Positions 42,131 to 55,362 of a DNA stretch of 64,000 nucleotides are shown one piece after another. Source of the DNA: Octopus vulgaris (taxonomy: Eukaryota); the NCBI GenBank assembly GCA_951406725.2, contig OX597827.1:1302001-1366000 (forward strand), in the 5' to 3' direction. Each line of letters opens with the position of its first letter. The first letter of the stretch is position 1. The notes below the pieces were generated by a model. It made no database searches. It saw only the letters and a list, made by a program, of their open reading frames with translations, and had not been told where the DNA came from. Made by a program: the position numbers and the translations under genes.

Positions 42131-42734
42131 GCTCCATACAGTCCACTTCAGCCGACAGCAAAGGACGAGGTTAAAGAACAGGCATATATAGAGGGAGGGC
42201 TGCACGTTTTTGCCGACGACGAATTTAATCGTGAATTCCACACTAAAATTAAATGAGTTCATGATTAGCTCAGAGATGTACAATGAGATGATGTGACTTG
42301 AACGCCAAACAACTCTGGATCAGTTTACCTTTGAAGTAACTTTGAAGTAACTTTCACTGTACTATCCCCAAGCAACACTTATGGTGAGTATATGTTGCAT
42401 CTTTTAGCTTTTAGCTTGTACTTGTTTCAATCATTAGACTGCGGCCATGCTGGGGGACCGCATTGAAGAATTTTTAATCGAACAAATCAACACAAATAAT
42501 GTTTTTTTTTTGTAAGTCTGGTACTGACGTCCAACCCATGCCTGCGTGGAAAGCGAACGTAAAATGATGATGACGACGACGAATTTTCATTCAAATATTT
42601 CTCTGTATACATACTGTACCACCTGTGTTTATAAACTGACATTTTGATGCACAAATGTGGTTTTAATACATACATACATACATACATACATACATACATG
42701 CATACATACATACATGCATACATACATACATATA

Positions 42735-42765
<31 letters not shown>

Positions 42766-42879
42766 GTGTGTGTGTGTGTTTAGAGCTAAAACCTCTAGGT
42801 GGATAACCATACGCTAGAAGGCTACTGGTTTTAAACTGATATTAATTAAATTAATATTTAATTTATCTCCCTCATTATT

Positions 42880-43005
<126 letters not shown>

Positions 43006-43807
43006 TACAAACAAATACATCATTATTTATCCACGAAAAATCTTCCGTCGGAAGGGCATCTTAATTTCTAAACATAAAAATCGGCAGTAAAATAGTAAAA
43101 TAGATTTCGTGTTACAACAAGATTTTGAAGAACTCGGAATTTAAAAAGGAGTGGTGGTGGTGGTGGTGGTGGTGGTGGTGGTAGCGGTACTGCTGCTGCT
43201 GCTGTATCACAGTTAAATAAGGAGGAGGATGGAGAAATTAGCTGAAATGAGAGGAGTTAGAATTAAGGAGGATAAATGATAATTATGACGGACAGTGGTC
43301 AGCCATAAATCTATTTTGGACAGAGGTTTGAGTGATGGGGAGGAGTTATAGGGATGGTTTGTGAGGGGATTGATAGGATGGGTTAGAGTAGTATAGCTAT
43401 GACAGAGGCAATAAATTAGGGAATAAAGGTTTGGAAAAGGGGCGGGGCGGGGTTAGATAATGCTACTAATTATATCATTACGTATCCCCTTCTAATATCT
43501 GCATGCGATCGCTTAGGGGTTTTGAAGCCCTGCACATGTACGCAGAAGAACACACTCTTATGCATTCATGAGTGTATGTATATGTATGCATGTGTGCGTG
43601 TGTGCGTGTGTGTGTGCGTGTGTGTGTGTGTGTGTATGCGCAGACATGGCTGTTTGGTAAGTAGCTTGCTTACCAACCACATGATTCCGGGTTCAGTCCT
43701 ACTGCGTGGCACCTTTGGCAAGTGTCCCCTACTATAGCCTCGGGCCGACCAAAGCCTTGTGAGTGGATTTGGTTGACGGAAATTGAAAGAAGCCCGTCGT
43801 ATGAATG

Positions 43808-43884
<77 letters not shown>

Positions 43885-43951
43885 GTATGTATGTATGTGT
43901 GTATGTATATATATATATATATATTGATAGATAGATATATATAAATGTATG

Positions 43952-45067
43952 TGTAGTGGATCTTGCAGGCATGAAGTGGATTCGATCCACCATAGCGAAA
44001 TTTAAATTAACAATTCAACAGAACTTTTCTCACAGTAAAACAATAGTTTTTCTGTGACAGGAGTTTTACATTTCACAGATTGCCTTAGCTATGTCTAAAT
44101 AATGTCTTTACCACTTGACCACTCAGCTGTAGAAATGAGTTGCGACGTCACTGGTGCCAAGCTGTATCGACCTTTGTCTTTCCCTTGGATAACACTGGTG
44201 GCGTGGAGAGGGAAGGCTGGTATGCATGGGCGACTGCTGGTCCTCCATAAACAACCTTGCCCGGACTTGTGTCTAGGAGGGTAACTTTCTAGGTGCAATC
44301 CCATGGTCATTCATGACCGAAGGGGGTCTTTACCTTTACCTTACCACTTGACCCTTCTAACCTCTCCTAGACTACTAAAAGCTAGAATTAAGATAAGTAC
44401 CACCAACGAAATCTATTGTTCTCAACGATATGTCTATCCTTCTGGATAGTTATAAAAGCAAGAACCCCAAGCAAAAATCAGTTAGTCACATGGTGACAAC
44501 TCAGTCGGCTCGTGACAACTCAATCAGTTAGTTAATGAATGATAACTCGAGTCAGAGACAGCTACCATCAGTTAGGGAGCGGAACGCCAGAATCATGATC
44601 ACACGCAAGGCAGCTACGAAAGACAATGGTCAGAGGGAGAAATGAAATTTACTGTCATCAACTATGAGACAACTTCCCACGGCCCTACAACTTTTACTAG
44701 CTCTAATTCTTATCTCTTACAACATCATTCTATCGCTATCAATGGATTACTGCTAAGAAAATGTGTACACAAAACTATACAAGGAAAATCTACCACATCT
44801 AACTTTTCTTCACACGCTCTAGGATTATATCACCTGCCCGTCAAGGCAAGGTATATTCAATGTAACGGTAAAAATAAATATTTTCTTCACGACTTCAATT
44901 ACTGTTCTTTCATCTTTACATAATAGCAATCAACAAAGAACCAATCATTATAAACTGATTACATCCATCCTACTGTGTACCAAATCCATCTTTTTGTTAA
45001 CAAACTGGTTACGACTCCGACATTTCAAATTAATTTCAACCGATACAAAATAATCTTCATCGTTACA
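43952..45067 (+). mobile_element. solo LTR (TG...CA, 4-bp TSD TATG), probably Gypsy-type
   Basis: Starts TGTAGTGG and ends CGTTACA, with TATG on both sides. TATA-like TTATAAAA at ~44450 and AATAAA at ~44873. Homologous to 62960-63685. Confidence 0.75.
44121..44340 (+). mobile_element. 5'-truncated family D retroposon nested in the LTR
   Basis: 13-bp TSD TTACCACTTGACC at 44108-44120 and 44341-44353, (TTTACC)n tail, absent from the second LTR copy. Confidence 0.85.
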
Positions 45068-46946
45068 TATGTATGTGTGTATGTATGTATGTATGTATGT
45101 ATGTGTGTATGTATGTATGTATGTATGTATGTATGTATGTGTGTATGTATGTATGTATGTATGTGTGTATGTATGTATGTATGTATGTATGTATGTATGT
45201 ATGTATGTATGTATGTATGTATGTATGTATGTATGTATGTGTGTATGTATGTATGTATGTATGTATGTATGTATGTATGTATGTATGTATGTATGTGTGT
45301 ATGTATGTATGTATGTATGTATGTATGTATGTATGTATGTATGTATGTATGTATGTATGTATGTATGTATGTATGTATGTATGTATGTATGTATGTATGT
45401 ATGTATGTATGTATGTATGTATGTATGTATGTATGTATGTATGTATGTATGTATGTATGTATGTATGTATGTATGTATGTATGTATGTATGTATGTATGT
45501 ATGTATGTGTGTATGTATGTATGTATGTATGTATGTATGTATGTATGTATGTATGTATGTATGTATGTATGTATGTGTGTATGTATGTATGTATGTATGT
45601 ATGTGTGTATGTATGTATGTATGTATGTATGTATGTATGTATGTATGTATGTATGTATGTATGTATGTATGTATGTATGTATGTATGTATGTATGTATGT
45701 ATGTATGTATGTATGTATGTATGTATGTATGTATGTATGTATGTATGTATGTATGTATGTATGTATGTATGTATGTATGTATGTATGTATGTATGTATGT
45801 ATGTATGTGTGTATGTATGTATGTATGTATGTATGTATGTATGTATGTATGTATGTATGTATGTATTATGTATGTATGTATGTATGTATGTATGTATGTA
45901 TGTATGTATGTATGTATGTATGTATGTATGTATGTATGTATGTATGTATGTATGTATGTATGTGTGTGTGTATGTATGTATGTATGTATGTATGTATGTA
46001 TGTATGTATGTATGTATGTATGTATGTATGTATGTATGTATGTATGTATGTATGTATGTATGTATGTATGTATGTATGTATGTATGTATGTATGTATGTA
46101 TGTATGTATGTATGTATGTATGTATGTATGTATGTATGTATTATGTATGTATGTATGTATGTATTATGTATGTATGTATGTATGTATGTATGTATGTATG
46201 TATGTGTGTATGTATGTATGTATGTGTGTATGTATGTATGTATGTATGTATGTATGTATGTATGTATGTATGTATGTATGTATGTATGTATGTATGTATG
46301 TATGTATGTATGTATGTATGTATGTATGTATGTATGTATGTATGTATGTATGTATGTATGTGTGTATGTATGTATGTATGTATGTATGTATGTATGTATG
46401 TATGTATGTATGTATGTATGTATGTATGTATGTATGTATGTATGTATGTATGTATGTATGTATGTATGTATGTATGTATGTATGTATGTATGTATGTATG
46501 TATGTATGTATGTATGTATGTATGTATGTATGTATGTATGTATGTATGTATGTATGTATGTATGTATGTATGTATGTATGTATGTATGTATGTATTATGT
46601 ATGTATGTATGTATGTATGTATGTATGTATGTATGTATGTATGTATGTATGTATGTGTGTATGTATGTATGTATGTATGTATGTATGTATGTATGTATTA
46701 TGTATGTATGTATGTATGTATGTATGTATGTATGTATGTATGTATGTATGTATGTATGTATGTATGTGTGTATGTATGTATGTATGTATGTATGTATGTA
46801 TGTATGTATGTATGTATGTATGTATGTATGTATGTATGTATGTATGTATGTATGTGTGTATGTATGTATGTATGTATGTATGTATGTATGTATGTATGTG
46901 TGTATGTATGTATGTATGTATGTATGTATGTATGTATGTATGTATG
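45068..46946. repeat. ~1.9-kb (TATG)n microsatellite
   Basis: Seen directly; sparse TGTG and TAT interruptions. Confidence 0.98.
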
Positions 46947-47143
46947 ACAAACAAGGGTTAATACGGAATATTAATCCTGGCAAAATACTTCTTAAGATCC
47001 CTGCAGATAAAAGTACATCAGGCTAACAAAAGAAGTCATTTGATCGGTATTGTACTCCAAGTACTCCGAAATCCCAAGCTGAAATCAAAGCACATCACCA
47101 GCTTTATTTCTAAATCCATGGCTGCGTTATCCAGTTAAGATTG

Positions 47144-47209
47144 TATAGCTCTGAAGAATTGAACCGTGAACGCACCCAAATTAACATCTGAAACAACTGT
47201 AAGCCTATA
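47144..47209 (+). ncRNA. hammerhead-like motif
   Basis: TATAGCT-CTGAAGA-(32 nt)-GAAA-CAACTG-TA-AGCCTATA. The sister copy has palindromic ACAGCTGT. Stem II is unclear. Confidence 0.5.
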
Positions 47210-47251
47210 ATAAGTAACTAAATACATATAACCCATTATTTCTCTCTATGC

Positions 47252-47320
<69 letters not shown>

Positions 47321-47359
47321 ACACACTCGCATGCACACACACACATATAGCAAATGAAC

Positions 47360-47779
47360 GGAAGATGGAATATACGAGAATTTATTAATCAGGACAATTG
47401 TTTCGAAACATCTAAAATTGATCCCACATGGGTGGGACACTCAACAACTGGTTCAGGAGCATCCGGCGGTGCAGACGTATTTCGTCGGGTGATAAATAGA
47501 TACAACTCCTTAAAATAACAGTTCCACAGTGAAACTTCTCGTTTTGTAGAAAGAAAAGCAGACAGACAGAGGAAATATCTTCATTTATATAGAAGACCAA
47601 AGATAAAATCACAGATTGGTAAAAGAGAAAGAAACGTGTTCGCTTTCTCTTCTTTTGAGATACATCTGCACCGCCGGATACTCCTGAACCAATTTTTGAG
47701 CGTTCCGCCCATGAGGGATCGATGTTAGATGCGTCGAAACAATTGTCGTGATTAATAAATTCTTGTATATTCCACCTCC
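47360..47779. repeat. ~120-bp inverted repeat arms around a ~170-bp spacer
   Basis: 47360-47483 versus 47657-47779; each arm carries GAAACAATTGTC. Confidence 0.85.
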
Positions 47780-47932
47780 TGTCTTTCATTTGCCAAATAC
47801 ATAACGACCATTGTGAAAATGACTGTGCTTTACCAGTTAGCTGCCAGGTGTAAACCATTCGTTTTATTATCCAATATATATGTGTGTTGTCCACTTTAGT
47901 GGTTATTCCTTTAAATTTTGTATATATATATT

Positions 47933-48003
<71 letters not shown>

Positions 48004-48007
48004 CGTT

Positions 48008-48271
48008 GGTAGACGGAAACTGAAAGAAGCCTGTCGTATATATGTATATATATATGTGTGTGTGTCTGTATGTGTTTGTGTGTCTGTTTGTCCCCCTAGC
48101 ATTGCTTGACAACCGATGCTGGTGTGTTTACGTCCCCGTCACTTAGCGGTTTGGCAAAAGAGACCAATAGAATAAGTACTGGGCTTACAAAGAATAAGTC
48201 CCGGGGTCGATTTGCTCGACTAAAGGCGGTGCTCCAGCATGGCCGCAGTCAAATGACTGAAACAAGTAAAA
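48008..48271 (+). mobile_element. family B SINE 3' part
   Basis: GGTAGACGGAAACTGAAAGAAGCC..CAGTCAAATGACTGAAACAAGTAAAA. Confidence 0.85.
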
Positions 48272-48310
<39 letters not shown>

Positions 48311-48316
48311 GGTGTT

Positions 48317-48364
48317 CACTACTGACGAGGGGCACAAAATAGCCCGAGACCGCCCGGTCGTTTT
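48317..48364 (+). ncRNA. hammerhead-like motif
   Basis: CTGACGA-G-GGGC(ACAAAATA)GCCC-GAGA-CCG(CC)CGG-TC. GAAA is mutated to GAGA, the triplet is GUC, and stem I is poor. Confidence 0.55.
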
Positions 48365-48509
48365 ATCATACTAAATATGTAATATTATATTATTAAAAAT
48401 ATTGTAAAATTGTAAAAGTTGTAAATAATAAAACGTGAAAATTAGACTTGGCTGGAATTTCATCGATTACTATATTCTTCTATACACAATCATACAAACT
48501 CGGATATAT

Positions 48510-48597
<88 letters not shown>

Positions 48598-48781
48598 TAT
48601 ATATATATATATCTATATATATATGTATGTGTGTGTGTGTGTGTGTAGACACAGAAGACACATATGCATGTATATGTATATATTATAGCTGAATGTTTTG
48701 ATTTCTGCGAAAACGTTCGTCTTAAGAAAGTGTGAACTGTGGAGCACTGCAACTTTACTCAGGAATCAATATATTCAGTTA

Positions 48782-48827
<46 letters not shown>

Positions 48828-49308
48828 TCTCAAACACACACACACACACATACATACACACATATACACACACACTCATACACTCCTGTACACATACTAA
48901 CATACACACACAAGTGTCCACACACATACAGAGCAAATGTATGCAGTCACACACACACGCACACACACACCACACACACATACACACAGATACGTTTACA
49001 CAGGTATGTACGTATAAATGTTTGTGTCTGTGTGTGTATTTGAGAGTGTGAGAGTATCTATGTGTATGCACAACATTCATAATGCCGCACACATAAACGC
49101 ACATATATACATACATGCCATACATACATACATACATACCTACATACATACATACATACATACATACATGCCAGCACCCATGCATATATACTCTTACACA
49201 TGCACATGCGCGGACACTCATGCCACTATTTTCATGCACTCACAAACAGCCCTCCTACACATCCCTCACGAACACCATATACATCCATACATAACATGCA
49301 CACACACA

Positions 49309-49353
<45 letters not shown>

Positions 49354-49985
49354 CTCGATCTCTACAATAAAAGAGAAGCTTTTATTTCTGGGAACGTTCA
49401 ATAAAACTTTCATTTTGAAAAGCCTCATCAAGCCTGCATCTAATCTGTAACATGACTTACAGCTTATTTTCACGCCTGCAAATATACGTATAAGGCACAC
49501 AACGTCAATAACAAGCTTAGAGGTGTGGACACAACAGCTGTGTCTTAGCAATTTCTCAGCCAAAAAAGGCCAAAGTTCCAAACCATTTTACTTGGCGTTT
49601 TTGTGGAAGTTGACCAAAGTCTACGATGGGTTTTATGGCTGGACCAGCTTTTCAAAAGATCTGCTCCAAGCTAATCACACGCACGCACATATGTGCTTGC
49701 TTGTATTTACATACGCATAAACACACACACACATGCGTGCACATACGTGGTCACGCATGCACGTACACATACACACACATACAGATGCGCACGCGCGCAT
49801 ACAACAAGCATGACCGTATCGTTACTCACACACATTCGCATGCTTCATATATTTGCATTCACAGACATAAACACGTGTTCACACACACACACACATGCTT
49901 TCATGCAAAAATTCGCGCAAGTTTGTATGCTTTCGTTCATATGTATGTGTGTGTGTGTGTGTGCATGCGTGTGTATATATATATA

Positions 49986-50056
<71 letters not shown>

Positions 50057-50615
50057 GTATATATATATATTTAAAATGAGGGTGAAAAATTGGATATTTG
50101 ATTAACATTAATTTAAAACCAGTGGTATAGCATATTAAAACCTGAAGGTTCAGAAAATTGTATTACATACATATGAAAGGGATGACCACTATGTGGACAA
50201 CCCTTATGCTAGAAGTAGATCCGCTATGGTTTTACCACTAAGAAATGTTCTCAAGAAAATTTAGCAAACACCAGAACGTAAGCGAGCAAGACCGGTCTGT
50301 CGAAGGATCACTCATTTTTACCGGCAGAGTGGACTGGAGCAACGTGAAATGAAATGTTTTGCTCAAGGACACAACGCGTCGTCCGGTCCAGGAATCGAAA
50401 CCACAATCTTACGATCATGAATCCAACACTCCTGACCACTCAGCCAGGCTCCTCCACGCCAGCGTCCATGGGTAATGATGAAAAGAAAACAGAAAACATG
50501 TTTATCTATAACACAGAAAGTTAGGTTGTTGAAAATTTTTGATTGTAGAGTAAAGTATCCGACGGAGAATTTTTTGTGTTGGAACAACGACTATTGACGA
50601 CCTGAAAAACAATAA

Positions 50616-50654
<39 letters not shown>

Positions 50655-50656
50655 AA

Positions 50657-50976
50657 CAGGACAAGTTGTTGAAGTTCTGCGTAAATACTGAAGAACAAAA
50701 GTTAATGAAAACTAGAAAACCATTACATGGAGCGAAAAATGAAAATGTCGATCATGTATTGATGAAGTGAGCATAGGAGAAAAGGCAGCCGCTCAACGGA
50801 ATGTTTGTTGATCATGAAACAGGCAAAATCTATCATGACGAACTGAAAGTTGAAGCTCGCTGTGAATATTCAGCAGTCTGGTTAGAAACATTTAAGAAAA
50901 ACAGGATATTAAATATTGAAAGATTTGTGGTGATAAAGCATCTGCCGATCACGAAGCAGCAGAGAAATTCATTGAC
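50657..50976 (+). pseudogene. Tigger/Jerky-like CENP-B HTH transposase relic
   Basis: QDKLLKF..RKPLHGAKNENVDHVLMK*..PLNG..MKQAKIYHDELK..CEYSAVWLETFKK..LKICGDKASADHEAAEKFID across frameshifts. Confidence 0.8.
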
Positions 50977-51232
50977 ACTTGAAAATTCACCTCTTTGTAT
51001 GAGTGTAACATGACTAGCGACATTACTTATACATTGCTTTAAAAATGCTGACATTTCCCAGTTTTTATTTTATTTCCCTTTAATCCTATTCTGTACTTTG
51101 TTTTTACACCTTACGTAAAACTGAATACCTGTATAGTGGGAAATAAAATACGAGTGATGTATGTGTACTGTAACCTTTTAATCAAAGTATGCCGTCGTAG
51201 GTGGAGGCAGATAGCTTACCTTTCTGATGATA

Positions 51233-51596
51233 TCTCTATATATATAAACGGCAAAATGTCTGCGTGTGTGTCCTTTATACAAATCCACAATTTTTCAGTT
51301 AGAGAGCTTGCACTTTCTATGGTCATTCAAAACTGTCCAAGGGTGGTCGTGCACATCTTTACATTTCCCCAATCACCCCGCAAAGCCATTAAAAAATCAA
51401 TAGAAGTGACTTTTTTGTGAATTTTCTATCCAAAACCCAATCAAAATGCCCGAAACTTGATAAGCCAATTGAACGCCAGCTAGCTGTATGTGATTGGTCG
51501 GAGATTCGGACAGTACACGCGTGTATGTGCGCACGCACGCAGCTGTATATGCATGCACTAGCACTATGACCCAGCAACGCCGGGTCATAGTGCTAG
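51233..51596 (+). mobile_element. non-autonomous Helitron
   Basis: A|TC 5' end (TCTCTATATATATAAA), 3' GC-rich hairpin GACCC..GGGTC, terminal CTAG|T, no TSD. Confidence 0.75.
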
Positions 51597-52497
51597 TTAT
51601 GTATAAAAAGAATTATGTAAAACTACATTCAGGGTGTAACGAGTATGTACACCAAATAAATGACAGGAGAAGAATATTTGTTGATACGGACTTTATTTTA
51701 TCGTCACAGTATAAGAGACAACTTTTTCGGGTTGCTATTATTCAAATATTAGTTTTTATGGTCAATTTTGTCGGTAGTTACGTTTATCTGAGTGACGGCT
51801 GAGTGAAGGTAGACAGAAGAAGAGAGGCAGAGTAAAAGAATCTACCTCTGAGTTTTGACAAAGAGAGGGCGCGAAAGTTGTGTAATCCTCAGGTGGCAAG
51901 CCATAGGTGAAAGGAGAAAAAGAAAGATGTGCTCTTCTAGCGAGGGACCAAGTGAAATAGGAAGAACTGAGTTTGGGTACTGTATACATGTTGGAAAGCT
52001 TGATGTAGGTCGGAAAACAATCGAAGGTAAATGAGTTTATCTCTGTTGAACTGCATTTAACCCAAGAGTGTTTACTTAAACTATAGAACTTATCTAAGTG
52101 TGACAGTTGACCCTCATAAATATCTAAGTGTTAATGTCAAGAGCATTAGGAAGGAACTCGTAAAAGCTTGTAGGTTTCAAATCTTGGCTAAAAATCTTGA
52201 AAGCAATTCGCTACAAAGGTATATCTATAAGTTATATCATGAAATATATATGGATATTGCGTTTAAACTTGGGGCCCACTTACGGGGGTCCCATTTTATG
52301 CGTATTAAAAATGTTCCTGTATCCGAAACTCCTACATCCGCCATGCTTTCTTCCCCAAGAAGTTCGCATGCGGAGTTCTCAACCTGTGCCTTGAGGTGAA
52401 GAAGATACAAACGAGTTTACAGAAACATGGATGATGATTAATATAAAGTGGTTACTATTATTATTGTTGTTGCTGTTGTTGTTATTATTATTATTAA

Positions 52498-52695
52498 GGT
52501 GTTTAGCCCCTTGTGGGTAGTAAAGAAATAGGTATTTCGTCTGCCGTTACGTTCTGAGTTCAAATTCCGCCGAGGTCGACTTTGCCTTTCATCATTTCGG
52601 AGTCGATAAATTAAGTACCAGTTGCGTACTGGAGTCAATCTAACTGACTGGTTACATCCCACAAATTTGCAGGCCTTGTGCCTATAGTAGAAAGA

Positions 52696-52785
<90 letters not shown>

Positions 52786-53015
52786 ATCATTATTAAGGTG
52801 ACGAGCTGGCAGAAACGTTAGCACGCCGAACAAAATGCTTAGCAGCATTTCGCCAGTCTTTACGTTCTGAGTTCAATTTCCGTCGAGGTTGGCTTTGCCT
52901 TTCATCCTTTCGGGGTCGTTAAATTGAGTAACGGTCAAGTACTGGAGTGTCACTGTAATCGACATCGTCTTCCACTTCCCTCAAAAATTTCTGGCATTGT
53001 GCCAAAATTTGAAAC
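52498..53015 (+). mobile_element. two family A SINEs separated by (ATT/GTT)n
   Basis: Family A motifs at 52498-52696 and 52796-53015. Confidence 0.8.
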
Positions 53016-53795
53016 CATGATTAAGACGATGATGGTGGTGATATTATTGACAATAACGACAACGACGACGATGATGATGATGATGATGATGACGATGATG
53101 ATGATGATGATGGTGATGCTGCTGCTGATGATGATGATGATGAAAATGATGATGATGATGCTGATGAAACTGATGATGAAACTGATGATGATGATGGTGA
53201 TGATGACGATGATGATGATTACGGTAACGACAACAGCCACGACGGCGGCGGCTATGAGTGTGATGATGGCGGTGACCAAAGTTGCTCTACTGATGTTAAG
53301 TGTTGGTAGAAATGGTTTCAGGAAGCAAAACCAAGAAAACGAAACGGAAAAAGAAAGGATAAACAAATAAATAAATAAAACGAACAGAAAAGAAAAAAAA
53401 AGGAGAAAAGAAAAGAAATGAGTTAATTTTTAGTGAGTGTAAAAAGAAGGAAGCAAAAGATGAGGGCGTTGATTAAGGAGGAAAGCGGATAGGGAGTCGG
53501 TTTAGTATGCTAGAAACAGCAGGCGAAATCATTTATATAAAAGTCGCGCACACAGGCATAGGTATGGCTGTGGGATTAAGAAGCTCCCTTTGCAACCGAG
53601 GAGTTTCGGGTTCAGTCCCATTACGCGACACCTTGGTGAGTTCTTTTCTACCAAAGCTCGGACCCAACTAATGCCTTGTGAATGAATTTGCTAGACGGAA
53701 ACTATGTGGAATCCTCTCTTGTATGAGTATGTATGTATATATGTGCATATCTGTATATATATAAATATATGTATGAATTTGTGTGTGTATGTATG

Positions 53796-53864
<69 letters not shown>

Positions 53865-53960
53865 CCAGCCGAAATTGCAAAGATAATCTGGAACTCAACT
53901 GAGGAAAGAAAACTCCGAATAACCTCTCCTTGTTTTTTCTTGTCCCATTTTTTGTATTCC

Positions 53961-54024
<64 letters not shown>

Positions 54025-54269
54025 CGGGGACGTAAACACACCAGCATCGGTTGTCAAACGATGTTGGGGGGACAAACACAGACACACACACACACATACA
54101 TACATGCATAAATGCATACATACGTACTTACATACATACATACATACATACATAAATGCATGCATACATACATACATGCATACATACATACATACATATA
54201 TGGTCCAAAAATAAAGAAAACACAAAGACGAGGTGTATTAGATTGACGCTCAGGAAAGCTTGCAGATGC

Positions 54270-54304
54270 CTTTAACGTTTCGAGCTCATGCCCTTCTCCA
54301 GAAT
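54270..54304 (-). ncRNA. degenerate minimal hammerhead
   Basis: Reverse strand TT-CTGGAGA-A-GGGC(ATGA)GCTC-GAAA-CGTTA-AAG; related to 7997-8030. Confidence 0.45.
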
Positions 54305-54347
54305 GGACAGATATGAGGGATGTACGTACACAGACATACACATACAT

Positions 54348-54401
<54 letters not shown>

Positions 54402-54862
54402 ACACATATAGTTTGATAAGATTTGGGTAAAAAAAATTGTAGTCTGCTATGCAAAACTCGTGAACAGTTATTCGCTACAGGACGTTTCACAGTGAAAATG
54501 GTGTTGTTACTGAATATGCATCAGGAATTCCATAGTATTCGTTAAGTTTATAGAAACAGATAAATAATAACAGAAAATGGACTGAACAACATTCTTTATT
54601 ATAAAATCTTTTATTGTTTCCACATATCGTTACTCCCGTGGTACATTGGTGAGATGATATAGTCGATATATTATGTAACCACTATTGTCCATCAAAGATG
54701 TATGCTGTGTTTTCTCAGGTGATTATTTTCGTCACAAGACGGCCAGTCAAGTTTGTAGGGCTTCTAAATTTCATACAAAATATTCGATCTGAAAGAGAAA
54801 AGCAACATAGAATCAATTCCTGTACATTAAAGAACATACACAGCAAATTTGAGGAAAAAAAT

Positions 54863-55256
54863 TACTCTTTTACTTGTTTCAGTCATTTGACTGCGGCCAT
54901 GCTGGAGCACCGCCTTTAGTCGAGCAAATCGACCCCCAGGTCTTATTCTTTGTAAGCCTAGTACTTATTCTATCGGTGTCTTTTGCCGAACCGCTAAGAT
55001 ACGGGGACGTAAACACACCAGCATCGGTTGTCAAGCGATGTTGGGGGGACAAACACAGACAAACACACACATACATTTATATACATATACATATATACGA
55101 CGGGCTTCTTTCAGTTTCCGTCTACCAAATCCACTCACAAGACTTTGGTCGGCCCGAGGCTATAGTAGAAGACACTTGCTCAAGGTGCCACGCAGTGTGA
55201 CTGAACCCAGAACCATGCGGTTGGTAAACAAGCTTCCACACTGCCACTCCTACGCC
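54863..55256 (-). mobile_element. full-length family B SINE
   Basis: GGCGTAGGAGTGGC head through GTAAAAGAGTA tail. Confidence 0.85.
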
Positions 55257-55289
55257 TATAAATAAAAACTAGGCAAACCAGCCGCCGGA

Positions 55290-55362
55290 TGCCGAAACCC
55301 GTGATTGAACCAGGGACCTTTAGATCTTCAGTCTAACGCTCTGCCAACTGAACTATTTCGGC
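55290..55362 (-). tRNA. tRNA-Phe (GAA), probably a pseudogene
   Basis: GCCGAAATAGTTCAGTTGGCAGAGCGTTAGACTGAAGATCTAAAGGTCCCTGGTTCAATCACGGGTTTCGGCA: a 73-nt metazoan tRNA-Phe with changes at positions 11, 20, 57 and 61, and T5 about 20 nt downstream. Confidence 0.9.

Noticed and set aside
44975-47026. 683/630/624-aa ORFs (MYVC repeats)
   Set aside because: Translation of (TATG)n, which lacks stop codons; no coding signal.
51790-52420. possible decayed LINE RT on the minus strand (LDKFY..MQFNRDK across a frameshift)
   Set aside because: No YADD or other diagnostic motif recoverable by eye; needs BLASTx.
55325-55331. CTGAAGA on the minus strand
   Set aside because: It is the tRNA-Phe anticodon loop, not a hammerhead core.
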